Of a stretch of DNA of 64,000 nucleotides, positions 55,861-63,895 are shown one piece after another. The first letter of the stretch is position 1; every line of letters begins with the position of its first letter. A program made the position numbers and the translations under genes. The notes below the pieces were generated by a model. The model saw only the letters and a program-made list of their open reading frames with translations, ran no database searches and was not told the DNA's origin. The stretch covers positions 1,676 to 65,675 of the forward strand of contig JBPOJJ010000002.1 in the NCBI GenBank assembly GCA_052033715.1, read 5' to 3'. This DNA comes from Patescibacteria group bacterium. GTDB lineage: Bacteria > Patescibacteriota > Minisyncoccia > Phycocordibacterales > CSBR16-119.

Positions 55861-57408
55861 ATGGAAACTCCCACTCCCGCCACTGCGCCTGAGGGTCCGA
55901 AACGGACTTTCGGGCAGCGCTTCTTTGATTTCTTCGAGAAGCTTCCGAGCTACATAGCCGCATTCTTCTCAGCCATCCCCGCGTTCCTCTATCCTGCTTT
56001 CGCTTGGGTCGCCGGTTGCGACCTTGGCACTGTCAAGACGATGCCCTCGGGTGAGCTGAACAAGAAGGCCTCCCTTGGCCTGGCGATGATCTTCACGATC
56101 ACCGTAGCAGCTCTGGCTGCCAGCAATGCAGCCGGCATATTCCTTTCTGAGGAGATGCGTTGGCCGTTTGCAATTCTGTGGGCACTATTGATCTTCAGCA
56201 TCGACCGAATGATCATCGTATCCCTGGACATGCAGAAGGCGGAGGGCAATGGCGGCAAGGGTTTACGTAAAGTCCTGACCGTCGTTTTCCGTTTCATCAT
56301 CATCTTCTTCATGAGCTATATCACTTCGACTTCGGTCGAGATGATCGTGTTCAAGAAAGAGATCGCCAGCGTGATCACGGAAAAGCGCTACGCGGAAAAC
56401 AAGAAGATCAACGCGGAAGCTGATTCAGCTGAAGCGGTGGTCGACACCGCCCGGATCGAAGCCACCATGCAAGTGCGCGCAGCACGCCTGGAAGTGGAGC
56501 GCTACAGCGCGAAACTGGACTCCGAGATCGACACTCTGCAGAAGGAAATCAAATCGCGACGCGACCTGCTCCAAGAGGAGGTTGCCGGCCGAGTTGGTTC
56601 CGGAAAGCAAGGAATGGGCCCAACAGCCAAGGCCATTATGCTCAACATCACTGCGGACTCGACCCGGCTTGCCGTGCTCGAAGCTCGACGTGATTCGGCT
56701 ATCGCAAATTCAACCGCGATAGGTGAGCTCAATGCAGCGGAGGAATTCGCTGCAAAGGCTGTGGTTCGGCTCGACAAGCGAAGCGCGCTGATCAAGGAAG
56801 AACGACTGGCGAAGCTTGCAAAAGTGAGTCACGTCGTCGGTGACGGCTTCATGGACCGCTACCTGGCACTTGGAGAACTCCGAGGAAAGGCATCGTTCAT
56901 CATGATCGTCGTATTCGTCATCCTGATGTTGATCGAATCCTTACCGGTGATCCTTAAGCTCTCATCTAGCGATGGCCTCTACGAGGAAGCGCTCGGGAAG
57001 CAGCTACAGACACACCGAGTACAAGTGTTCAACAAGCAGGAACTCGATCTGGCCACACAAGAAGGTGAGCACCTCGGGAAACTGATCGCAGCCAAAAAGA
57101 TCATAAACGAGCACCAAGGCGCGATCCTGGACAAGGAAGAGGAATACATGACCGACATTGCCACGAAGAAGCACGATCTGGAAGAGGCCCGTCGCACGAT
57201 CATCGCAGCCGAGAACGAAACGGCCATGGCGGTCGCCAGCGAGCGGATGAAAGGCTTGACGGCAAGACTTGATCAGACAGCTGCCTTCATCAATGACGCC
57301 AATGCGAAGCTTGTCAACACGCCGGAGGAGCCGCAGCCAGTGCGCGCGGCAAAGAAGAACGTCCTGCGTCAACTGCTGGACGAAGTGCAGAAGACGGTGT
57401 TGTCGTAA
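55861..57408 (+). CDS. DUF4407-like membrane protein with long coiled-coil region
   Basis: 515 aa. N-terminal TM helices with the ...IFSIDRMIIVSL motif resembling the DUF4407 'DRFIVSS' signature. Extended coiled coil and a second TM block. GC-rich (~58%) versus the flanks. Confidence 0.55.
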   Translation: METPTPATAPEGPKRTFGQRFFDFFEKLPSYIAAFFSAIPAFLYPAFAWVAGCDLGTVKTMPSGELNKKASLGLAMIFTITVAALAASNAAGIFLSEEMRWPFAILWALLIFSIDRMIIVSLDMQKAEGNGGKGLRKVLTVVFRFIIIFFMSYITSTSVEMIVFKKEIASVITEKRYAENKKINAEADSAEAVVDTARIEATMQVRAARLEVERYSAKLDSEIDTLQKEIKSRRDLLQEEVAGRVGSGKQGMGPTAKAIMLNITADSTRLAVLEARRDSAIANSTAIGELNAAEEFAAKAVVRLDKRSALIKEERLAKLAKVSHVVGDGFMDRYLALGELRGKASFIMIVVFVILMLIESLPVILKLSSSDGLYEEALGKQLQTHRVQVFNKQELDLATQEGEHLGKLIAAKKIINEHQGAILDKEEEYMTDIATKKHDLEEARRTIIAAENETAMAVASERMKGLTARLDQTAAFINDANAKLVNTPEEPQPVRAAKKNVLRQLLDEVQKTVLS

Positions 57409-57427
57409 GCAACCACCCTACCATTGG

Positions 57428-57458
57428 AGAGGGCCCGCACCGCGGGCCCTCTTTTCAT
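57428..57458 (+). terminator. rho-independent terminator (AGAGGGCCCGC-ACC-GCGGGCCCTCT + TTTCATTT)
   Basis: 11-bp GC stem; may also terminate convergent DoxX gene. Confidence 0.6.
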
Positions 57459-57475
57459 TTCAATTATTTTTATGA

Positions 57476-57841
57476 TTATGACGCTAGCGCAATAATCATC
57501 AGAAGTGCGCCAACGATGGCCATGTTCTTCTGGAAATTAATTCGCTCCCCCATCTTCATCATCGGATCAGTAATTTTCCAGTATTGGTGCATCATGAAAC
57601 TTGTTCCGACAAGAAAGGCCACGAGAATCCAGCAACCGAGCGCCAAGCTCATACCAGTAAGTACCGAAGCGCCTCCGATGAAAAGCATCGCGCCACTAAC
57701 AGCAACAGAAATTTTCGGATGTGGAACTTTCTTTGAGCCAGCATATCCGGCTAAAGATTCGATGTTGGCAAAGTGATTGTAGGCATTGTACAAGAAATAT
57801 GCTCCCAAAATTATCCGTCCCAAGAAATAAATGTTTTCCAT
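57476..57841 (-). CDS. DoxX-family membrane protein
   Basis: 121 aa; DoxX N-terminal pattern (FLGRIILGAYFLYNAYNHF). Confidence 0.6.
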   Translation of the reverse strand: MENIYFLGRIILGAYFLYNAYNHFANIESLAGYAGSKKVPHPKISVAVSGAMLFIGGASVLTGMSLALGCWILVAFLVGTSFMMHQYWKITDPMMKMGERINFQKNMAIVGALLMIIALAS

Positions 57842-57881
57842 GATTTTAAATTGTTAAGGCTAATGTTCTTATTTTACCACA

Positions 57882-57949
57882 CCCCCACACCTATATTTTG
57901 ATAGTTCTTCGAACGCGCCTTTGGCGCCATCAAAATATAGGTGTGGGGG
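57882..57949. repeat. 21-bp perfect inverted repeat (CCCCCACACCTATATTTTGAT ... ATCAAAATATAGGTGTGGGGG) flanking 26-nt spacer
   Basis: long-stem element between DoxX start and PNP terminator; contains TATATT/-10-like boxes, so could be operator/promoter or hairpin element. Confidence 0.5.
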
Positions 57950-57983
57950 CACAAAAAGAAAAAGGGGGCCGAAGCCCCCTTTC
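57950..57983 (-). terminator. rho-independent terminator after PNP gene with UUCG tetraloop (GGGGGC-TTCG-GCCCCC + TTTTCTTTTTGT on minus strand)
   Basis: GC stem, UUCG loop, T-tract. Confidence 0.6.
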
Positions 57984-58001
57984 GCAAAGCGAAACCAAAC
58001 G

Positions 58002-58916
58002 CTACCCGTCGAGATCTCCCACTCCCGCCAAGGCAATAGACTGCAAACCATAGACCCTAGCTCTTAGGATCTTGGCAATGTAGTCAGCAAATGCCTCGTC
58101 GTACTCTTGGACAACCTCGAGCACATTCTTGTGAGAGAATTGTGACCCCTCCTGCACTTCCCGAGAATGTCGGCTTTTGTTGGTAACGAGAGACAGAGCA
58201 AGGACCCGACAGCCCATATGATGGAGCGCCAAAGCCTCTGGAACAACAGACATCCCAACCACGTCACCATCTCTCGCGTACTTCCTCACTTCCGCGCGAG
58301 TTTCGATTTGTGGCCCAGGAACTCCAACCAGAATTGTATTCTGGTTGACCTGAACCGTCAGTCTACGACCAGCTACATCACGAGCAAGTTCCTGGTATTT
58401 GAGATCGTAGACCTCTCCGCAATCCAGAAACCTGTCTGGTCCGAAAAGACGAATAGTGTCGACATCTCCCACAAGAGGCGAGACCCCGAGATAACTGCTG
58501 ATGTGATCGTCGAGGATGCAAACCGAGCCCACTTGGTAATCGGTATTGAGTGCACCAACTGCGTTCGTGAGAATGAACTCAGATACGCCCCATTTGGCCA
58601 AGGCTCGCAAATTGGTGACAATGCGATAAGGATCGTAAGCCTCTTCATTGAAGTGTGCCCTTCCTGCCAGCCAGACTACCCTCTCGCCACCAATGACACC
58701 AAGGTAGTACTTACTTTGGTGCCCTTCCGTAACTGGTGTCAGAAAGGGTGTTGGTAGTTCGTCAGACTCCACTTCTCCTTCAAAATGACGAAGGAGATTA
58801 TTCGGTCCCGATGAGCCAGTAATAATGGCAGTTCTGGGAGCGGCTCCAAGGTTTTCTTTGAGCCATTTTACACACTGTTCAACGCTAACGGTATGGTCGT
58901 GCAATGCCGTTGTCAT
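58002..58916 (-). CDS. purine nucleoside phosphorylase (trimeric PNP/MTAP family)
   Basis: 304 aa; PNP-I-like segments (FILTNAVGALN, GMSVVPEALALHHMGCRVLALSLVTN); GC-rich (~53%). Confidence 0.75.
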   Translation of the reverse strand: MTTALHDHTVSVEQCVKWLKENLGAAPRTAIITGSSGPNNLLRHFEGEVESDELPTPFLTPVTEGHQSKYYLGVIGGERVVWLAGRAHFNEEAYDPYRIVTNLRALAKWGVSEFILTNAVGALNTDYQVGSVCILDDHISSYLGVSPLVGDVDTIRLFGPDRFLDCGEVYDLKYQELARDVAGRRLTVQVNQNTILVGVPGPQIETRAEVRKYARDGDVVGMSVVPEALALHHMGCRVLALSLVTNKSRHSREVQEGSQFSHKNVLEVVQEYDEAFADYIAKILRARVYGLQSIALAGVGDLDG

Positions 58917-58960
58917 GGTGGTGGGTTTAGGTGTTGGTTAGGAACGAACGTTACCGAGAA

Positions 58961-58988
58961 AGTCTACTCTTCCTCGAGATTTTGTCAA
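58961..58988 (-). promoter_or_regulatory. candidate promoter for PNP gene (TTGACA-16 nt-TAGACT on minus strand)
   Basis: consensus -35 and near-consensus -10, ~45 nt upstream of start. Confidence 0.35.
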
Positions 58989-58991
58989 AAG

Positions 58992-60257
58992 CTAAACGAA
59001 TTTTTTAGGTATTGGGAATTTCTTCGCCATCTTTTTGATTTCGGCTTTGGCATTACTTAATATCTTTTTATTGTCCTTGTTTCGTAGCACCTCAATCATG
59101 ATTTCAGCGACTCTGGCACAATCTTTTTCCTTGAATCCTCTCGTAGTAATCGCTGGCGTTCCGAAACGTATTCCTGATGGATCCATTGGTTTCCTAGTAT
59201 CGTCAGCGATCGCATTCATATTTAAAGTAATGCCGACTTCGTCGAGAACTGTTTGAGCCTCTTTACCCGTAACGCCAAGCGAACCGAAGACATCAGCGAG
59301 AATTAGGTGGTTATCAGTTCCCCCGGCAATCATACGAATCTTTTCTCTTTTCAAAACTTTCTCCATCGCTTTGGCGTTTTTCAAAATTTGCTTGGCGTAT
59401 TTTTTAAAAGACGGTTTGAGGGCTTCGCCAAAAGCCACGGCCTTGGCTGCCTGGATATGAATGTGTGGACCGCCCTGAAGTCCTGGGAAAACCGCCTTAT
59501 TAATTTTTGAAATAATTTCCTCACTATCGCGAACGAGAATCATGCCTCCGCGCGGACCGCGAAGAGTTTTGTGCGTAGTCGTGGTGATGACATCAAATCC
59601 AGCATCAAAAGGATTGCTAAGTGCGCCACCCGCAATAAGTCCGGCGATGTGCGCCATGTCAGCAACGGTAATCGCACCGACCTCACGCGCGATGGCGACA
59701 AATTTCTTGTAATCCAGATTTCTCGAATACGCGGAAAATCCAGCGAGAATTATTTTTGGTTTTTCGGCGAGCGCTACGCGGCGAAGTTCGGCATAATCAA
59801 TCTCGCCAGTACCTATGTTCTTCATCTTGTACCTGACGAAACGAAAAACTTTGGCCGGAAAAGTTACTGGATGACCATGTGTGAGATGTCCGCCATGAGA
59901 AAGATCCATACCGAGAACCGTGTCACCAGGTTCGAGGAGTGCTGCGTAGACTGCCATATTCGCCGGCGCACCGGAGAGCGGTTGGACATTAGCGTATTTG
60001 CACTTGAAAAGTTTGCAGGCTCGAGCGATAGCGAGATTTTCAACGACGTCAGTAAATTCCTGACCGCCGTAATATCGGCGACCAGGATATCCTTCGGCGT
60101 ATTTATTGGTCAGAACCGAACCCATCGCTTCAAGCACGGCTTGCGAAACATAGTTTTCAGACGGAATTAGCTCCAAGCCCTCGGCTTGGCGTTTCTCTTC
60201 GCCCTTGATGGCATTAAAAACTTCTTTGTCTTGGTTTTGGATGTAGCTTTTTGACAT
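58992..60257 (-). CDS. glyA: serine hydroxymethyltransferase
   Basis: 421 aa; full-length SHMT similarity incl. PLP-lysine region (TTTTHKTLRGPRGG). Confidence 0.95.
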   Translation of the reverse strand: MSKSYIQNQDKEVFNAIKGEEKRQAEGLELIPSENYVSQAVLEAMGSVLTNKYAEGYPGRRYYGGQEFTDVVENLAIARACKLFKCKYANVQPLSGAPANMAVYAALLEPGDTVLGMDLSHGGHLTHGHPVTFPAKVFRFVRYKMKNIGTGEIDYAELRRVALAEKPKIILAGFSAYSRNLDYKKFVAIAREVGAITVADMAHIAGLIAGGALSNPFDAGFDVITTTTHKTLRGPRGGMILVRDSEEIISKINKAVFPGLQGGPHIHIQAAKAVAFGEALKPSFKKYAKQILKNAKAMEKVLKREKIRMIAGGTDNHLILADVFGSLGVTGKEAQTVLDEVGITLNMNAIADDTRKPMDPSGIRFGTPAITTRGFKEKDCARVAEIMIEVLRNKDNKKILSNAKAEIKKMAKKFPIPKKFV

Positions 60258-60346
60258 GAAGGAATTTTAGCATAAATCCAGTACAAGCGAGAAAGCCCCT
60301 TTTTGAGGGGCTTTCCATGTGAGTGAATAAACAGGAATCAGGCGAA

Positions 60347-60643
60347 CTAGTTCGCCCCAACCCAAGTTCGCTGTTCTCGCATCCTGCTGAGCCACAGTGG
60401 ATCTGGAGGAATCCATCCGTAAGACAAAGTGATTCCTGTGACAAACAGAGCGAGTACGCACATCTGTCCAAAGCTCATCGGGAAATTGCCACTTGAGCTT
60501 GAACCATTATTACGATTACCTCCTCCTCCCCGATACGGAGGCTTCCTTTTGGGTGGCCCCAATATGGAGGTCAATTTAGTGGGCTTTCTGTGTACTGTTG
60601 TTCTCCATACACGAACGTTCGAACGTAACTCGGTCGTTGTCAT
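60347..60643 (-). CDS. small hypothetical protein with C-terminal TM helix (doubtful)
   Basis: 98 aa ORF, Gly/Arg-rich, followed by weak hairpin; no homology recognised. Confidence 0.2.
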   Translation of the reverse strand: MTTTELRSNVRVWRTTVHRKPTKLTSILGPPKRKPPYRGGGGNRNNGSSSSGNFPMSFGQMCVLALFVTGITLSYGWIPPDPLWLSRMREQRTWVGAN

Positions 60644-60693
60644 GGTCGCGGGGTTTGAATTGAGGTTACACTAGAATAGCGTTCGTTGTCAAT

Positions 60694-61647
60694 TTAGTTT
60701 TCTATATCTCTTTTCTTTGCTCCCCCGGCGATTGTGAGTTCGCCCTTGATCGTATCGTGTGGATCATAATTTTCAAGTTTAACTTTATCCGCGGTGAAAT
60801 CAATCAATTCTTTGACTGAATCATCTACCGTAAGTGTTGGAAAATTCTTTGGTTCGCGAGAAAGTTGCTCTCGAACTTGATCAAAATGATTTTCGTAAAT
60901 ATGCGCGTCGCCAAATGTGTGAATAAATTCTCCCGGTCTAACACCGAGTATTTTAGCCATAACGACCAAAAGAAGGGCGTAGCTTGCGATATTAAATGGC
61001 ACACCAAGAAACATATCCGCGCTTCGCTGGTAAAGCTGAAGATGCAATCTGCCGTCTTTGATACTCATCTGATACATATTGTGACAAATGGGAAATCGCG
61101 ATGCTTCGTCGGGCTTCGCCATAGCATAGAGATATTCCGGATTCCATGAATTTACGATGACATTTCGAGCGTACAGATCCTCACGAAGCTCTTTGAGCGC
61201 CCAAGCCAGCTGATCCACACCCCGACCGTCTTTGGCCGGCCAGGCGCGCCACATTTCTCCATAAATACGCTTGAGCTCGCCGTGCTGTTTGGCAAAATTT
61301 TCATCGGTTTTTATTTTCTCGACGAATTCTTCTTTGGTCATTTCCGGGAAGCCCTTTTCTTTGTAAATCTTGTACGGATAATCATCCCAAATGTGAACAT
61401 TGTTATCAACCAGATATTTGATATTCGTCTGACCAGAGAAAAACCAATACAACTCGTGCAAAACACCTTTCCAATAAACTTTTTTTGTCGTAATCATTGG
61501 GAAACCCTCTTCAATATCAAACCGGATCTGTCGACCAAAAACACTTTTGGTTACCGCCCCCGTCCCCTCATCGACATTCCTAATACCCGTATCAAGAATT
61601 TCTTTTAGTAAATCTAAATATTGATACTCCGGATGTCTTTTTTCCAT
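60694..61647 (-). CDS. thyA: thymidylate synthase (ThyA, long form with insertion)
   Basis: 317 aa; ThyA motifs incl. catalytic Cys region (PICHNMYQ), LQLYQRSADMFLGVPFNIASYALL. Confidence 0.9.
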   Translation of the reverse strand: MEKRHPEYQYLDLLKEILDTGIRNVDEGTGAVTKSVFGRQIRFDIEEGFPMITTKKVYWKGVLHELYWFFSGQTNIKYLVDNNVHIWDDYPYKIYKEKGFPEMTKEEFVEKIKTDENFAKQHGELKRIYGEMWRAWPAKDGRGVDQLAWALKELREDLYARNVIVNSWNPEYLYAMAKPDEASRFPICHNMYQMSIKDGRLHLQLYQRSADMFLGVPFNIASYALLLVVMAKILGVRPGEFIHTFGDAHIYENHFDQVREQLSREPKNFPTLTVDDSVKELIDFTADKVKLENYDPHDTIKGELTIAGGAKKRDIEN

Positions 61648-61648
61648 A

Positions 61649-62224
61649 TTATTTTTTCTTAGGTTTTTTAATCACCTTTTTAGTTCGAAAATGATCTGAG
61701 TTTTTGCCATCATAACGACCAACACCATCTTTACCGTGATAAGTCTTGCTAGATTCGGTCGCAAGTTCAGCAAAGATGATTTGAGCGATTTCCATACCAG
61801 GACGCAAAATTATCGGCACATTACTAGTGTTTAGAAGTTCAAATGTTGGGAAAAAATGATGCCCGGGATTGAAAAGCATAGCCGTGGTGTGAACAGCGAG
61901 ACCAATTCTGGCGAGTGAGCTCTTACCAGAGAGAAGTATCAGATGTTTGTGATCAACACCAATAAACTCACGCTGCTTACCAAGAACTGTCTCTCCTGTA
62001 TGTAGGATAAAAGCGTCACCGTCTTTTATATTCAAGGTCTTAGTCTGGGGATAAATCTTGTTGGCGGGATCAACGGCTGTGGTCGCATGACGATCAACGA
62101 CTTTAAATTCGTTATCAAGTGTGACGTCATAACTTGCTAGTTGTAATTTTTTATCGGTAAAAGGTTTGATGACGATTTCACCAGTCTTGAGTTTCTTTTT
62201 TATATCTACGTCAGATAAAAACAT
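61649..62224 (-). CDS. dcd: dCTP deaminase
   Basis: 191 aa; dUTPase-fold Dcd pattern (MFLSDVDIKK..., GETVLGKQREFIGV, hinge and C-terminal region). Confidence 0.8.
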   Translation of the reverse strand: MFLSDVDIKKKLKTGEIVIKPFTDKKLQLASYDVTLDNEFKVVDRHATTAVDPANKIYPQTKTLNIKDGDAFILHTGETVLGKQREFIGVDHKHLILLSGKSSLARIGLAVHTTAMLFNPGHHFFPTFELLNTSNVPIILRPGMEIAQIIFAELATESSKTYHGKDGVGRYDGKNSDHFRTKKVIKKPKKK

Positions 62225-62226
62225 AC

Positions 62227-62925
62227 TTATTCTATGTTAAAGACTTTTTCAGTCCCATAATAATCCGGCCAATGTTCATTGTAATACGCAAACATCCGCT
62301 CGATGCGTTCTTGTGGAAGTTCGGCAAGTCCGAAAGATTGCATTTCACCCAAAAGTTTTGCTTTTGTGTCTTCGACACTTTCTCCGTCGCCAATGACAGA
62401 TTCGAACTCCGTCAGATATCCGTAGCCGGCATTTTTGTCTAGAGTGACGTTCATGTTTGGCAAAACATACTCGATTCTTTGTCTGGACCATTTAGCCTGG
62501 TATTGAAATCCAGCTTCCTGTAAAAGTCCATCGAGTTCGCCGAGAGTCAGAGGAACCGCTTCTTCAAACTCCATTCTTGAAACGCCATTCGCGCTCGTGT
62601 CGTCACCGATCGATGCTTTGATAACCAAGAGAACTTTGCCGTCGACTTCGCGAGTGCGCACTGAGAAAGATTTACCCTCCTCGATAATTTCTGCCAAGGT
62701 TTTGTTTTGCTCTTCGTTTAAATGAGAAGAGATTTTTTCTTTTAGAACTTGAAAATCGCCGTTTATGAAATAGTGATTGAGTTGAGAGGTGGCCGGCAAG
62801 ACTTTCGCGTCAGGATATTTGGCAACCAACTTTTCCCGGAAAGCATCGGCGTTCATCTTGTCTCCTAAAAGACATTTGATTTCTATCTCTTTTGATACAG
62901 CCATAGTAGGCCAATTATACTCCAC
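62227..62925 (-). CDS. hypothetical protein, possible CYTH-like (triphosphate tunnel) domain
   Basis: 232 aa; N-terminal EIEIKCLL resembles CYTH ExExK signature; weak. Confidence 0.35.
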   Translation of the reverse strand: MEYNWPTMAVSKEIEIKCLLGDKMNADAFREKLVAKYPDAKVLPATSQLNHYFINGDFQVLKEKISSHLNEEQNKTLAEIIEEGKSFSVRTREVDGKVLLVIKASIGDDTSANGVSRMEFEEAVPLTLGELDGLLQEAGFQYQAKWSRQRIEYVLPNMNVTLDKNAGYGYLTEFESVIGDGESVEDTKAKLLGEMQSFGLAELPQERIERMFAYYNEHWPDYYGTEKVFNIE

Positions 62926-62966
62926 CCTTTGGCAAAATCTGCAATTGACATTATGATGGTATTTAT

Positions 62967-63455
62967 ATGATTTTCATCGTTTCCTCGATACAAAAGGACA
63001 ATCTGGGCCTGGGCTTCGAGCAGGACCTTCTTTTCAAGATTCCAGCCGACCTAAAACGCTTCAAGGACCTGACCCTGGGACATCCGGTCATCATGGGCCG
63101 CCGGACCTGGGAATCGCTACCAGAGAAATTCCGTCCCCTTCCCGGCCGGACGAATATCGTCGTGTCTTCACAGACTAATAACTTTGAAGGCGCAACAGTT
63201 TGTAAGACTTTGGAAGAAGCTATCACGGCGGCGAAACAGCTTGATTCGGATATTGGCATTATCGGCGGCGCTAGGATTTTCACTGAAGCGCTTCCCCACA
63301 CCGACATCCTATATCTCACCGAAATAGAAGGAGAAAAAGAAGCTGATACATTTTTTCCAGAATTTAAAAATAATTTTGAAGAAATAAATCGAGAAGGACC
63401 GTTTGAAACAGATGAAGGTATAAAGTATTGGTTCGTGGATTATAAAAAGAAATAG
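62967..63455 (+). CDS. folA: dihydrofolate reductase
   Basis: 162 aa; DHFR motifs (VIMGRRTWESLP, IIGGARIF). Confidence 0.85.
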   Translation: MIFIVSSIQKDNLGLGFEQDLLFKIPADLKRFKDLTLGHPVIMGRRTWESLPEKFRPLPGRTNIVVSSQTNNFEGATVCKTLEEAITAAKQLDSDIGIIGGARIFTEALPHTDILYLTEIEGEKEADTFFPEFKNNFEEINREGPFETDEGIKYWFVDYKKK

Positions 63456-63547
63456 AAACGAAGAAAGGGCCACCTGTAGGCAGCCCTTCCCAATCCTGGG
63501 TCGAAGGTGCGAGTTCTCTAAACCAACCGCCCAAAGATGTCACCCGC

Positions 63548-63805
63548 CTAGGCAGCGATCGAGATGGTGGGAAGTACCACCACACCGAGTCGCCGTAGCG
63601 CTGATGGCTTCAAGGAGTGGGCCAGGAGCCCATCCTCGTCACTCGCAGGATGAAGTCCGTGCAAGTGCAGTGCGAACTTGAGCTTCTTGCGAGATTCCTC
63701 GATCTCACGCTGGATCAGTTTCCTTAGCGGAGCTGGGTCTTGCTTCGGTCGGATGAAGACGGTCGTCCCGCTTCGCCCAAATGGCAGTTTCCTTTTTTGG
63801 TTCAT
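63548..63805 (-). CDS. small hypothetical ORF in GC-rich tail (doubtful)
   Basis: 85 aa ORF within a ~58% GC stretch (63456..63830) that contrasts with AT-rich flanks. Confidence 0.2.
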   Translation of the reverse strand: MNQKRKLPFGRSGTTVFIRPKQDPAPLRKLIQREIEESRKKLKFALHLHGLHPASDEDGLLAHSLKPSALRRLGVVVLPTISIAA

Positions 63806-63895
63806 GTATCATGGTGTCTGTCGTCATATTACATATTATTCCCAAAAAAGCAATACCTCTCCACTCCTCTTCCCCTTGTTAAAGTAAAAATAAAA

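Noticed and set aside
60290-60314. Hairpin GAAAGCCCCTTTTTGAGGGGCTTTC as a rho-independent terminator
   Set aside because: No T-tract on either side; may be a stability hairpin but not confidently a terminator.
63456-63830. RNase P RNA or other GC-rich housekeeping ncRNA in the GC-rich tail (contains GAAGTCCG resembling the P4 motif GGAAAGTCCGG)
   Set aside because: Only a 6-7 nt partial match; the complementary P4 half (ACAGAACCCGGCTTA-like) and GNRA/P10-12 features were not found.
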